From NCBI RefSeq assembly GCF_038025025.1, contig NW_027117343.1, forward strand, positions 1,054,001 through 1,118,000: a stretch of 64,000 nucleotides of DNA. Direction: 5' to 3'. The DNA is from Phyllosticta citribraziliensis (Eukaryota). This document shows positions 47,003 through 60,570 of this stretch, one piece after another (within the stretch, counting starts at the first letter, position 1; every line of letters begins with the position of its first letter). Position numbers and translations under genes: made by a program. The notes below the pieces were generated by a model. The model did no database searches. It was given only the letters and a program-made list of their open reading frames with translations, and was not told the origin of the DNA.

Positions 47003-48512
47003 ATGACGCTCCTTTCTGCTGCTCTTACGTCGCTCCTTGCCGCCTCTGCGGTTCAGGCCGGCCCCATCTCGTGAGTACCCAGCTTTGGACATATTTTGTA
47101 CGCCACGTTGACTCAGGACAGTCGTCGCGCTGCAGCTGGTCTGAACGCGGCCGCCCAAGCCGCTGGCCTCGAGTTCTTTGGCTCTGCCACCGACAACCCT
47201 GAGCTGACCGACTCGAGCTACATGACCATTCTGAACAACTCGGATCAGTTCGGCCAAATTACCCCTGGCAACTCGATGAAGGTCCGCGTGCTGCCCAGAA
47301 CACGGAGCCAACAGTGACTGAATCTCAATAGTGGGACACCATTGAACCCTCGCGAGGCACCTTCTCCTTCACCAAGGGTGACGCCATTGCCGACCTGGCC
47401 GATCAAAACAACCAGAAGCTACGCTGCCACAACCTCGTCTGGTACAACCAACTGCCCAGCTGGGTCAGCAGCGGCGGCTTCGACAATGCCACGCTGGTCG
47501 AAATCCTGCAAAACCACATCACCAAGGAAGTGACGCACTACAAGGGCCGCTGCTACCACTGGGACGTGGTGAACGAGGCCCTCGAAGATGGCGGAGGGTA
47601 CCGCGACAACGTCTTCTACAAGACCATTGGCGAGGCCTACATCCCGATTGCCTTTGCGGCGGCCGCCGCCGCCGACCCGGACGCGAAGCTGTACTACAAC
47701 GACTACTCAATCGAGTGGTCGTCAACAAAACACCAGGATGCAGTTAACATCGTCAAGCTTGTCCAGTCGTACGGCGTCAAGATTGACGGTGTGGGCATGC
47801 AGGCCCACTTTACCGTCGGCCAGACGGTCACGCAGGACGCCATGGAGTCGGCGATCCAGGACTTTGCCGACCTGGGCGTCGAGGTGGCCATCACGGAGCT
47901 CGACATCCGCACCACGACGCCGGCGACTTACGACGCGCTGACGCAGCAGTCGACTGACTACCAGACCGTCGTCAACGCTTGCTTGGCCAAGAGCGCGTGC
48001 ATTGGCATCACCATCTGGGACTACACGGACAAGTACAGCTGGGTGTAAGTTGCCGCGGAGCAATCCATGTTCATGACAGAGAAGGAGGACTGACAGACGT
48101 GCGTGACAGCCCCAAGACCTTCTCCGGCTACGGCGCCGCGCTGCCCTGGGACGACAACCTCCAGACCAAAGCCGCGTACGACGGCATCCTGTCGGCCCTC
48201 GGCTCTGGTACGTCCGCCGCCTCTTCCTCCACTTCTTCCTCCAACACCAACTCCAACTCCACCAACTCCTCCTCTTCTTCATCCCCTTCTACTCCTCCTG
48301 CCTCCTCTTCTTCTTCGTCTGCGGTGCAGACTGCAAGCATCCAGGCCTCCTTCCAGGCCACCATTGTTGCTTCCACTCCCACCCCTACCGCTGCTGCTTC
48401 TGTTGCTGAGACCTCTCCTGCTTCTCCCAGCATAAGCGCCTCTGCCAGCCCGCGGAAGGGCAAGTCGTGCAAGCGCCGCTCCAAGAAGAGGGCCGCCGCG
48501 CTGTCATCTTAA
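47003..48512 (+). CDS. Secreted GH10 endo-1,4-beta-xylanase with Ser/Thr/Pro-rich extension and basic tail, ~447 aa
   Basis: Exons 47003-47070, 47122-47281, 47332-48044, 48110-48512. Signal peptide; motifs [31 protein letters not shown] (acid/base), [21 protein letters not shown] (nucleophile), DKYSWVP. Confidence 0.96.
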
Positions 48513-50955
48513 TTCACGTCCATGACGGGGGGATTGGGCTGTTTATACTTGTTCAGAGAAAGTTGTTGTCCATGTTGTACAGAGTAGTGGGGAAGATAGG
48601 ATTTCTCCGCGTGCATTTATGCTATGCAATTTCAAATGTGCAAATTTATTGGATGTTGCTGTGTCAAGAGTGTTTACATTTGCTGACTCGTTGACTGCCT
48701 GCATTTCTTTTGCCAGTCGCGGTGCGTGTTGAAGGAAATGATATCCCAACAGTGGGTGTCGAAAGAAATTAGACCTCCTGGCAAAACAAGTGCGTCTAGG
48801 GAGCGTTCATTTGCTGCGTCACCTGTGCTTAAGAAGCCTTCATATACCACTATGTATGCTTAGCAAGTGGTCGTCCATTGCCGCAGACAGACCGTGAGAG
48901 TCTCATTTCTTTCCACACCCACCGTGCCCCCTGGTTCTAACCATGGACCCAGTCTACCCCTGCCGTGCTCTCCTCGCCTCTGCTTGACCTACCTGTCTAC
49001 CATCCTGCCTGACACAACCGCATTCCGTCGATTCAGTGAGCAAAGACCCCAAGACCGATGACGTGAGAGGAAAAAGTTCCATTGACAAAGACAGTAGGAG
49101 AGTAGAGGAGGAACGTTATCCTTGCTTGGTTGAGCAGAGCCGACAGCCCTCTCAAGCCCTTTCACGTACGTGTGTGAAGAGCAAAATAAGCTGTGCAGTC
49201 AATGCAGTCGGGAAATGCCCACCAAAAATTTCGAGAGGAAATGAATGCAGAAATGAATGCCAATAGGAGGAATTGAATCAAGCGCCTCCGGTTCAGTCGT
49301 AGCGTCCACGAACAGGACTAGATCCGAGATCTTGTGCACTGAAGATGCATTTACTAGGAGAACTTGAGACTCACCATTGACCATGTTTAATAAAATTGTC
49401 GTTCTTCTTAATCGGCTGGCGGCCTCCTCGTCGCCTGATTGTCCATCTGTCTGTTGCCTGTGGCCGTGAGAGACGTGACGGCATCCTGATCTTGGCTTAC
49501 CTCTGGTCTCAGCTGTGAGTCATAGGTATGTCGTCGATGGAAATGGGGTCGTCTGAATGCTGTCTACTCGCTTGATTCATCGGTCAGTCAGTCAGTCAAC
49601 CATGTGGACTCCGTCAGTCAAGTCAACCAGTCACTTCCAAACCACCACACCACCCGTCCTCACCGTGGCGCCGAAAGAAGAAGAAAGATAAGACGAGTAG
49701 GAGGACGAGGGAGGGCGGCGTCGACTAAATACTCGCGCGACAAGATTGCCTCAGACATTCTCTCCCCTTGCCCCCACAGCACCCACCACTATCTTCCGAC
49801 CGCCGCAAAACCGCTCCTCGATCCATCTGTCTCGCTATAGCTGGCTGCTGCCATCTAATGCCTTCCCCTCTTACCACCCTTCCACACTTTCTGTTGGTTT
49901 GCTCTTAGTCTGTAGGTCAGTTCGGTCTCGACTCAACCCATGCACGCGGCGCCCCCGTCGCCATCTACACATCGCCCATTTTCCCCGCCCACCCACGCCC
50001 CTCTGCGCACTTATGCAGAGCCTCTACCTCTTTCTCTCTTCCCCCCCTCTCCTCTCAAACCAACCTCTTCGCCACTATCTCTCTCGCGCCCTGACTCACG
50101 CAATCACCGCCGCATCTGCTCTTTTCACCTCAACCATCCCATCGTCCTTATCCCCCATCCTGCAGCACCGACTCACCCAGAGCTCTCTAGCCCGCTGCAC
50201 CGCTCGACCGCGAACCGCGCTCCTGTCGCCGCGCAACAGCCGCGCCATGCAGTGCCCTTTCCCCACCCCCCCTTTTCGTTTTTGCTTTGGCCGGCCGTGA
50301 CGGCGGGTCGTCGACGGGCTGGCTTCCTGTGCGCCCGCCACTCGCGTCGCCTCATGAGCGCATTTCCTCGCCTTCATCTACGGAGGCGGCTCTGTTGCGG
50401 GCGTGCGGGCGTGCATGCGCGCATAGATTGCACATCCCGACGCTGTTTACCCATGTCGTCTGTCGGTGTGGTCGCCCTTTTGCGCGCTTGAATCGAGTAA
50501 GAGAGGTTGAGGCAGTTCCACGCACGCACGCGCGCTCGTATACACGGGAAGAGCGAGCGAGAGAAAAACGTGTTTTCAACCAAAGCCCCCACGCACCAAC
50601 GCACCGCCCCCCTTTGGCTAGATGCGTCGCGTCGCGCCTTGCCTCGCCATGTCTAGAATCATCTCTTCCCCTCTCATAGCTACGACGCAAGGAGAAGCAC
50701 AAGAAATTCCAAGCCGGCCCATCTTTTTGCTCGTTGGTTGGTCTGCCTGCCTGCTTGCTGACCAACTGACCAAATCGCTTACATGGCCAACCTCGGCAGT
50801 TCATGAATACCACCTCATCCGCCATCATCGTGACATCAGCAGCGTAGAGTAGTTATGATAGAAGCCACCTACGTACGTACCACGGCTACGCAGACGGGAG
50901 CGACGGATCGTGGTAGTGCCCGCCGCCCGCCGCCCATCCATGCTTACGCGGCCAA

Positions 50956-50977
50956 AGCAGCAGCAGCAGCAGCAGCA
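50956..50977. repeat. (AGC)7 trinucleotide microsatellite, intergenic
   Basis: Read directly: agcagcagcagcagcagcagca. Confidence 0.85.
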
Positions 50978-52506
50978 AACGCATCGTTTCGGCTCCATCA
51001 CCGTTCCGTTTGGTCTGCTCTGGTCTGGTCTAGGTGCTCTGGTCGCATTGCATGATGGACGCCGGCCGGCGGCGGCAAGCGCGCCAAGGCAGCCGGATGC
51101 AAACCACTGCTTACCGTACATAACTGCTTTCTTTCTTTCTTTCTCTTACCTCCTCGTCCTCTTGTCTGCTTACCGACCTAGGTATGTACGTGTGTGGGTG
51201 TGGGTGTATTTGTGAGTCTAACTCTGCCCCCACCATTGCTTGGACGCTTGTGGAGTAGTGGATTGTCGTGATGGATGGATATGGTACTTTGTGACTTACT
51301 GACTGCCGCATACGCGTGCGTACCGCGTTGGATTGAAGAACGCATATGGCATTTCCCAATACCCGACCTACCTTCAATTGTGGTTCCCATGTTTGGCAGT
51401 TGGACAGCCAGGCAGTGCCGCCTCGTGAACGAGGCAGGCAGAGAAACACGGCACACAACATCAGAGAGCCCCAAGACTCAACCTCAATGCCCAGGTCTTC
51501 AGTGCCATTTTGCCTAGGTCTTCGGTCGCAATGCCGATAGGCCACGAAAGGCCAGAGCGACTAGCAGTGATGCTACTGCTACTCCTCCATTGCCTACCTT
51601 ACCTCACACCTTGTCTGGTCCGTCGCGGCGGGCCGCTGCCACTAGCACTGGCTGCACCGGTGCCGGCGCGCGTCAAATCCTGTAATCAGTCTGTCAGTCT
51701 GTCAAATGGTGCTTTGGTCCATGGGTCTAGACTAGTCCATGACACCCACCCAACTGGCCCCCCAGCCACCACCACCACCACCACCACGCTTGCGAATGCC
51801 GAAACGATACTGACGAGCGCTGGTAGTGAGCGCGTTGGTGTCGCTTTCTGTGGTGGCAGTGGAGCGGACGACAAACGACGGCGCCGGCACGGATGCCGAC
51901 GGGACGCCTCCCCCGCCCGCCGGCTGCGGCAGCTACGCGGTTGGCTGGCTGGCTGCCCATCAAAGCCATGGCGGTTGCCCGCCGACATGGTGGCGTCCAG
52001 CCAACCGAAGTCACAGAATCTTCTTCGTCACATCCACGACCTGCCTACCTGACCAACGAGGGCCGCCACGCCGTCACCAGTCACAGTGGCGTGGAGGTCT
52101 CGAGGCGCAGAAAATGGACGCCGGCGCAGCCACTGCCGCAGCCGCCGCACCGCACAGATACGACGACGACATTGATGACGACGAGACGAAGGGCGGTGGC
52201 TGGCGTGGAGTAGGGATGCGCATGGAAGACTGGAAACGGTCGAGTAGAAAGAGGTATGCCACGTCGGCACGTGTTGAGCTAACGTATAGAGAGAACCAGC
52301 TGATGGGGGTCGGCTGGTCTGACTGCTTGCGTGCGTGCTGTATGTAGACCGTCAGTAGTCGTAACAATAGCAGCACGTATGCAGGCAGATAGGTGGCCGT
52401 CTGGTGACGGCTACGAAACATGATCATGCAATGAAGGGAGAAAACGGGCATGTTTGTTCGGTCGACGCATATGACGGGGTAGATACGTACCTGGTTCGTC
52501 TCATGA

Positions 52507-52552
52507 CGAGGTGGAATGGTAGGTAGCGAGGTGGAATGGTAGGTAGCGAGGT
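52507..52552. repeat. 20-nt tandem duplication (cgaggtggaatggtaggtag x2 plus partial)
   Basis: Two identical adjacent units followed by cgaggt. Confidence 0.85.
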
Positions 52553-55500
52553 ACCTAGGCAGGTAGCGCGCAAGTGTGTCGGCATGGACTGATATCCAAA
52601 TCGGCATGGCGCACTTGATCGCAAATCGCCGCCCGTCCACCTAGATACCTGGACGGCAGGACTTCAGGCAGAGCAAGAAAACTTTTCTCGGTGGGCCTTG
52701 CATTGTCGTTGATTGCGCCGGCTAACTTGTTGAGGAGGAGGGAGAGAGCCGTCATCGGCAAGAGTCCCTCCCCCTCGGTTTCGTGCCCCTCCCCCGCGCG
52801 ACTGCAGATGGATCGGATGTCGTCTGCTCAGTCGCCGCGAGCAAGGGACCCCCTGGCTGTCAGGCCGTGGGGAAGCGCGGCTGGCGGAGCTTAGCTGCGC
52901 CGTTGGCGTGCCGTAGCGCCAAGGGTCTGCGGCATGACGTGACGAGATCGGGCGAGCTTGGTTTGTGATATGGGAGCTTTGCTGGCGCTTGTTTTTGCTT
53001 TTTGCGGGTGCCCTGAGCTGCTGAGCCGGGCCTGTGACTGCTTGCGTGCGTGCTGCCGGGCGCGGGTTGGTTGCTGAAGCTTCGTGAGAGTATGCGCGCG
53101 CGGTTCCATGTGTGCAGTAGGCGGGTGGAGTCGAGTTGGAAACCATTGGGTCGTCAGAGTGCCGGTTGGAGACCGGGACTGGGTTTGCGTCTGGACTGAT
53201 GGTGGGTAGGCGGAATTTTTTCAGAAAGAAAATTTTGTACTCCCTGTGGGAGACGGTTTGATAGGTTGACGGCGGCTAGGTTCGGCTTGCCGTAGGTACA
53301 GCGGATCTTGAAGGAGTGTGGTGCGACGTGTGCATTCTGCAAGGCCGTCTGGGGTCCGGGGTCAGCCAGGTAGATCTGGGGAGTCGGCTTCAGGAATGGA
53401 AAGTCGGAGATGGGAAGAAAGGGAGACGAGAAGGTGGTCTGGATATTATTGGAACATTCTCCTTGCTTCTTGCGCCACACCGTTATAGCGCACGAGGTGA
53501 CGACGACAGACAACACGGCATCGGAGTGATTGATGTCTCGCTGTTCTCATCGACTTCTGATCGGTCGAGGTACTTTCGAGCCGCCGTGCGAGGAGGTTGC
53601 ATGGCTGTGAGCAATACAGTTGGCCGCAGTCGGTCCAAGCTAGCCGCTAGAGCAGCGCGCCCACGACCCAATGGCATCTGCAAATACCGGTTTGTCGATA
53701 AATCGGCAATTCGCCAAAGCGATTGTCACATCACTCACTGCCTGCGTCGACTTGGTTCCCTGTGGACGCGCAGTGTTTGTGATCAATCTTGTCATCTGGC
53801 ATGGCGGCCTGAAGATGAAGCAGATTTTGCGTGCCGGGCCATATCAGCAATCCGAAGGGTATGCGGGCCCTGCGTTTCCTCGTGCTGCTGGCTGCAGTCC
53901 CTGCTTTGTGTGAGGTTTGGTTGTCTCTCACCTCACGTCGGGTCGGGTCAGGTCGATGAGGTGGTGCCCCCCGCGCGCCGCAGCAGCCGCGCTCACAAGA
54001 CGGGCTAAGGTACCTCCTGCATCCATCCCGTCGGCCGACCTGGCCAACTATCGCTTGCCCTTGCCCTCTCGCAACCTCCACCTCGACCGCACGCTTGACC
54101 TGTTCTACCGCTCGTGCATCAAAGGTACATCAACTCTGCGCCTTTGGTGTACCCCCCATGCAAGGCCACCACGGTACATCCAAGGCCACCAAAACGGTTG
54201 TAGCGTTCTTTTTCAATCTCTGCTCAGCTTTTAATATACAGAGCCGTGCGTGCATATCAAAGGGTCCAAATCGCTCCGTGATCGAATCTCGACGATGGAG
54301 AAAGAATGTCGGCCTCTGAAGCCTCGGGAAGGGGACTGCCTGGCCCTTGGCGCCGAAGTGTACTCCCCACAAGGTTCCGCAATGTATTGGTGATGCGTTG
54401 TCGTGGTGGCCTTGGGCCTACGCCGGCCCGCCGCTATCAAGTGCTTGACGAGCATTGGCGAGGTGATCGCGATGCAGCGCTAGTCGTCTTGTCATCTCGT
54501 CAAGTGTGGGTGGTGGGCGCAACTTGTTTACCTGCGCAATGGCTCCAAGTCGGTCTCGGATGGGCATGTGCGCTAAGGTGAAAAATGCCATCATATGACG
54601 TTGGGAGCAAGAAACACAGGCAGTGTGGAATGTGAACGAGACATGAGGCTATCGTGAATCTCATTCCTCGACGGCCGGCGCTTGATTGGTGCCAGTAGCA
54701 AAGTCTTACGTACTGACTCAACTCGAAAGGATGGGAATCAGAATGAGACGGGACTGCAAAAGTCTGACCTGGAATCTGTGGCATTTCCAAGAAAAAAATT
54801 CTTTGGCGAGATGGTGTGCCCTGCATGCAACCCATCATGTCCAGTCATAATGGTACAGCCCTCCGACGCTCATGATGATGCTCCGTCTGAGGCTGTGATG
54901 CATGCAAGGAGGGGACCCCGGACAAAGCACCTTGACGTCGATGAGGAGATGGACTCGCACGTACGCTCGTGGGTGTCGTTGCCCAATTCGGCTGGGACCG
55001 GATCTTCGTCAGGCCGGCAGACATATGTGATGTCAAGTGCTGAGCCATCTAGACCCTGCCCAGGAATCACTTGTGGCTGCTAATTTAGACTGACAGCTGG
55101 ATGTACCTTTTTTCTGCCTGCCCACAGGGCGACATGCGCGGTACAAGCATGCCAGGTTCTCCGGCGGGATGTAGCTGCGGCGTAGCTACTTGCCCTTATG
55201 TACGCCCGACTCGCTTGAGCGGTACTATTTCGATTCCTGTACTAGGTGTACTTGGAGCCAGGGAGAAGAGCATCGATCAGCCCCGGACGAGATGATTTCG
55301 TCGCGGGATCCCCATGGTGTATGCTGCACGGAATCATGCCCGTCTGAGTTACCTCGCTGCGTCGTTTTTGGACCAATCTCTTAGCTCGTCGTCAACATGT
55401 ACCGACGTGGACGATGTTCCAGTCTTGTCTCCTTGAAGTCGGAGTCTGGGCAGGACCTCCCGCGTAGAGTTACCATGTGGCCAGACTAGTACCACCCCCG

Positions 55501-55849
55501 TGGCCAAGATGTCGACGCTCCGGACATTGCAGCGCGAGGCCGTTGGTCCGATCAGGGCCTGACCCCCAGACGATCAAAAAAATGCCTTGGATCGTGCGCA
55601 ATGTAGATGTCTGGGCTGGGCCTAAGCTAATGCTGTCCCCATTCCCAGATATGCGCGGTTTCGTTTTGTGTCAGGGCCATGCCCTTGGGAGAGCGCATGG
55701 GGCCATTGACTTTGACAAGACGACCGATGGCCACACTCGCAGCTCCGTTATTATGCAGAGGGTACCCCACTATCTCTTGAGGACCACTTGTTGTTTCCCT
55801 CCCAGATGATGCTCAGCCATTGAGTTTCTTCACCAAATTCACCACCTCA

Positions 55850-57592
55850 ATGCAGTCCCTTCGCCAATACCGTGATATTGGCGCATATGTCGAGGCCACT
55901 CACGGCCAGAGGGAGTGGCCTCAATCACGAAAGGACTCTGAGGCCACGCTGCGGTCCTCCATCAGCGATGGCACCGGCTTCTTCTCCACGTCGTCTTCGG
56001 ACCTCGAGAAGCAAGACGACCCCTCCTCACTCCAACAGGTGAGGCTGCTCGAGCACCACGAGCATGACCTCGTCACCCCTCCCACGGCAACACCAGTACG
56101 TCAGTCCTCTACTGAGATTGTTGACGACTTCAACCTGCACTGTCTCTCGAACAAACCCGACGATCCAGCAAATCCGCACACATGGCCTTACTCGAGGAGA
56201 TATTGGGCGTTGTTCATAATCATGTGCGTCGTCTTTTCCCAAGCCTGGGCCGGATCAGCAGACTCGATGAACACGTCCATAGCGGCAAGACAACTACACG
56301 TCTCGAGTACCGCCGAATCTCTTGCAACAGGTCTGTACTTGGTCGGTCAAGGAGTAGGATCACTCTTCGCAGGCCCGCTGTCCGAAACCTTTGGAAGGAA
56401 TGCCATCTACCTTTGCCCCACAGTCATATACATGTTCTCCGTTGCCGAAACCGCCATGATGAATACGTTTGCAGGACAGATCATCGGCCGCTTCATGGTC
56501 GGATTCTGGTCCAGTGCGACAATAGCCACAAACGGCGCCAGCGTTGATGACATGTTCAACGCAAGAACAAGAAGTTGGGCGTTTCCCATCTTGTGTGCAG
56601 CTGGCGTTTTGCGTAAGTCTTCGATTCCCGAGTCCCTGCTCTTTCATCGCTAACGCCTCGCAACAGCCAGCGCTCTCGCTCCGGTTGCCAGTGGTTGGAT
56701 CGTCGAAGCGGGTTGGAATTGGCACTGGGCTGACTGGATCACCCTTCTCATGAGTTTTCCTCCCTGGCTCGCGGCTCTTCTCTTCCTCCCCGAAACGTAT
56801 TCTCCCTTGCTCCTCAAATGGAAGGCCCAGCACCTTCGCCGAGTCACTCATGACGACCGATACATGAGCGCCCTCGAAACGGGTGGTACCCTAGGCCAGC
56901 GACTCAAGGAGGCGCTCCCTCGTCCTGTCATCTTTCTGACCCGAGAGCCCGTAATCATCATTCTGGGCATCTACCTCATGCTGCTCAACGTTCTCATCTT
57001 CACCTTGCAGTCTGGCTTCGAATTCTTGTTTACGCGGACGTACGGCTTCTCCGTCGGTCTGACTGGCTCGGTCTTCCTCGCCATTGCCGCTGGCTGCATC
57101 TTCAGCCTTATTTTGACCCCGTTTTTCATGAACAACGAGAACAAGACACTTCGTCGCCGACGCCGACAAGACGGGCCTCGTGCCAAGCTGCCGCCTGAGA
57201 TGCGGCTGTGGCCCGCCATCATTGCGGCCCCATGGCTGGCCATCTCCCTCTTTGGACTTGCCTGGACCAATGACCCGTCGATAAGTCCGTGGTGGGGCTG
57301 CGCGTCGTGCTTCATCTTCGGCTACGCTCTGCTTTCGATCCTCGTTTCGAGCTACCAGTACATCATGGATAGCTACGGGACGTACGCTGCGAGCGCGCTG
57401 GGAACCATTTCGCTGCTGCGGTTTATGGTGGCGGCCGGGGTCCAGGTGGCGGCACGACCCATGTTCGAGTCGATGGGACCCAAGTGGGCATTAAGCGCCG
57501 TTGGTGCCGTGGCGGTGGTCCTGGTGCCGGCGCCCCTAATCTTCTGGAAATACGGCGAGATTGTGCGGGCGAGAAGTCGCTACGCGGATTGA
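55850..57592 (+). CDS. MFS drug:H+ antiporter (DHA1 family), ~562 aa
   Basis: Exons 55850-56612 and 56667-57592 (GTAAGT..GCTAAC..CAACAG). Motifs DDPANPHTW, GPLSETFGR, GRFMVG, LPETYSPLLL, PEMRL, YIMDSYGTYAASA, FWKYGEIVRARSRYA; about 12 TM segments. Confidence 0.93.
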
Positions 57593-58475
57593 GGTTGGCT
57601 CGCTAAAAACTGGCTTTGTGCATCTTGCTGAGCTCGTCGACTTGTGGCGGGTACACATGAGCATTTTCTCGGCAGCTCCCCACATCTTGTTTGTTTTGTT
57701 GTCTCGGTTCCTCGAGCAAACAGAGTTTGCTCATTCTTGAAGGCTATTTCGTACTCATTAGCAAGAAGAGTCCATTTCCACTTCTGTAATCCTCTTCTCC
57801 TAGCTTTGTTTTTTGGTGCTGTAAAATAAAAACTCGGGTACCGGTGTTCGAAGGACCTTGGCATCGTGGGGCTCATTTTTCCAGCATAACAATACAAGAT
57901 CTTTGCGCGCTGTTCGGGCGATGCCATGTAGTTGGTTGTCCAGTCCACCTCTAGCTGCGGTGCCCACAGAGGTCCTCATATTGCTCAGCGCCAGTGGACT
58001 CTCGGCACAGAGCATCCCCCACAGAGCTCGGGGATCGGGTGGGTGATAGCTAATGGATATTGTAGACGTTAACTCTGAAACGGCGACGTGTTGTGTTGAT
58101 GGCGATGAATGGTCTAGTTATGTATTGAACTGGACGAGACGGAAGCACCAGAGTGCGCTACGGCTAATTGCCGGCCGGGTTGTTCAGTCCACCAATCAGA
58201 GCAGTAGATTTGGCGCTCGCGCTGGTGGCACTGCACCCGGACCGCCCCCAAGCGTGGGTGACACAACCGGAACGAAGACGCTGGCAATCTTGGGGGCTTC
58301 TTATAATTGCTGCTCCCTCTCGCTACGCCTCCATCTCGTCTTCTGGTGCTCTGAATTGCGCATATTCAGCCATCATCCATGTGAAGTCTTTCTCTCGCTG
58401 AACTTGATCACTTCGGCGCTTCACCCACAAGCGATATACGCCCACGCTCAGCAAGCCGTCAACTTCGCCGCGCCC

Positions 58476-59410
58476 ATGGAGAGTATCGGCCCCGGAGAGC
58501 AGCATCCAGCAGCAGCGCAAGAGCAGGATGCTTCAGGTACCCACACATGAAAATAGCACTTACCCAGCATGCCTACGCGTCCCTTACACTCACCATCCAT
58601 TCACCCACTCACAAACTCGCCCAGCTGACAATACTCGCAGATACCAAAGTCTTCATTAATTTTCCTGGCCGCCGCGTCGAGCGAAGGCCTGGCAACCTCG
58701 TGCTCAAGCGCGGGCCGCGCGTGGTTGTCGCCGAGCGCGAAGCCCTCGCCTACGCGGGGACGCTGAATCTTCCCGTCCCGCGCCTGCATGACCCGCCGGA
58801 TTCTGAGGCGACTGGAGAAGACGCCGGCGGCGAGATCGTCAGCATCTGGATGGACTACGTCGATGGTGTCGTGCTGGAGGACGTGTGGCCGGACATGACA
58901 GCGGAGCAAAAGATGGACATCGCGCTACAGCTGCGGGAGATACTGACCATCATGCGGCAGCAGACGTCGCCCATGGGCTCTAAAATTGCGTCGTGTGGCG
59001 GTGGCCAGCTGAGTGACCGGCGCACGTACAGCGTGCGCAAGGGCGGCCCGTTTGCCGACGAGGCGTGTTTTAATGATTTCCAGCTCGACCTGCACAAGCA
59101 GTTGGTGCCAGAGGTGGTACAGAAAGCGCTGGCGCAGGCACTGCAGCAGCAGCAGCAGCACCGGGTCGTCTTCACACATGGCGACTTGACGCAGCACAAC
59201 ATCATCATCGACAAGGACAGTAATCGCATTCAGGCGCTGATTGATTGGGAATTTGCTGGGTGGTTCCCTGAGCATTGGGAGTTCCTCAAATTCGTGGACA
59301 TGAGCCCAAAGAACAGGGACTGGGAAGATTATGCGCGATATATTCTTCCTGAACAGTACCTTAACGAGCTCGTCATATTTGAGGCCGTCAAGCGCTGGCA
59401 ACGTCCCTGA
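58476..59410 (+). CDS. Aminoglycoside-phosphotransferase/choline-kinase-like protein (APH fold), ~276 aa
   Basis: Likely exons 58476-58536 and 58641-59410. Motifs LVLK..EREAL..LPVPRL, MDYVDGVVL, GGPF, FTHGDLTQHNII (catalytic loop), LIDWEFAGWFPEHWEF. Confidence 0.9.
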
Positions 59411-59456
59411 TTTGTCCAGAGGGGTAGCCATTGCCACAGGCTCGCCAGTCCCCGGT

Positions 59457-59894
59457 CTACCTGTCGGCCTCATCCTCTGCCTCCATCGTTGCGTCAACTA
59501 GTCCATCTAGGCCATTCGAGTACTCTTCTTCTGACAATTGTCTATCGTCCTTCAACCTTTCCAGTGCTTTTTGAACCCAAACCTGGCAGTTGAATTCTCT
59601 ATCCGAGTTATCGACTTCCGTCTTGCGCATGAGATATTGAAGCTGACTGCTGGTCATCGGGCGTTTCAAATATCCCACGTCGACTTGTTTGGCGAATTTG
59701 GTACTTTGGAGCGGATCGTATGTGGGGTCGACTTGCACCGAAAACCTTGACGGTACTCCAACAGCGTGGATTACGAAGGACCCCGACTTGTCGTCAAACT
59801 GGAACCACAAGGCTGCATGGCGAAGTTTCTGGTAGTCGACGGGAGTGCTCTTGAAGACGACGATGCTGACGTGGGCAATGCTTTCGGTAGCCAT
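59457..59894 (-). CDS. Small fungal protein with H..H..NC motif (permuted papain-like/PPPDE-like, DUF6540-type), 145 aa
   Basis: Intronless ORF from MATESIAH with RHAALW, IHAVG and FNCQVWVQKALERL. His lies N-terminal to NCQxWV, as in permuted papain-fold proteins. Confidence 0.8.
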   Translation of the reverse strand: MATESIAHVSIVVFKSTPVDYQKLRHAALWFQFDDKSGSFVIHAVGVPSRFSVQVDPTYDPLQSTKFAKQVDVGYLKRPMTSSQLQYLMRKTEVDNSDREFNCQVWVQKALERLKDDRQLSEEEYSNGLDGLVDATMEAEDEADR

Positions 59895-60570
59895 GATTGA
59901 TGAGATGATGCCTGGCGGGTATAATTCATTAGCTGGCCATAATTCGCACACTCAAGCGAGTACACGCACCGTTTTCTGGAGAGCGCTGGTCTGGATTCTG
60001 AATCGCACTTTGAGAGCCGACAACTCACGCTCATAAGTACTACACAGTCACTGCTACTGTGCCGCACAGCGCACAGAGGGCAGCATTGTTGGTGTATCCT
60101 GTCAGCGCTTACGCTTGTGATGTTGGCTCATTTCTTAACATATCTCCGCGGCAAAGATCCAATGATATCGTCGTCGGCATGAGACGAAATTCCGGGCGCT
60201 AAAAGTATCCGTTATCAACTGCAGCCGCTGCAGCTCGCTTGTGGTGAGCACAGCCTGATTGGCAATAACGTCTTTCCAAACGTCGGTTAAACTGCGTTGG
60301 TGTTGGGCATGTTGGAGGCTAGATCTCCCAGCCAACAGGTATGGATCCCGACCCGTATCATTTCGGTGATAGGCAGGTCTTGAGTTCCAACTGACAGTGA
60401 GGAGGAGAGACCGTGGGAGCTGTCCCAGCCCCGGCGAAAGGCGCCGTGGTCCTTGAGGCGAAGTTAAGCTGGGGTCCTTGGTGCCTGCGGCGAAGTAGTT
60501 TGAGATGACGGAGTGAGGGAGCAGGGGATGGAGGTGCCGGTGTGGTTTGCGTGTTTGTGACGTCAGAGGT

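Noticed and set aside
7223..48512. Xylan-degradation cluster of the CE1 esterase and GH10 xylanase
   Set aside because: About 39 kb apart with many unrelated genes between; no clear GGCTAA XlnR sites in either proximal promoter.
52507..52552. Short direct repeats as a CRISPR-like array
   Set aside because: Only two adjacent copies, no spacers, eukaryotic context.
60420..60500. GC-rich multi-stem with repeated GGCGAA resembling a small ribozyme
   Set aside because: No hammerhead CUGANGA core, and I could not build an HDV-like nested pseudoknot.
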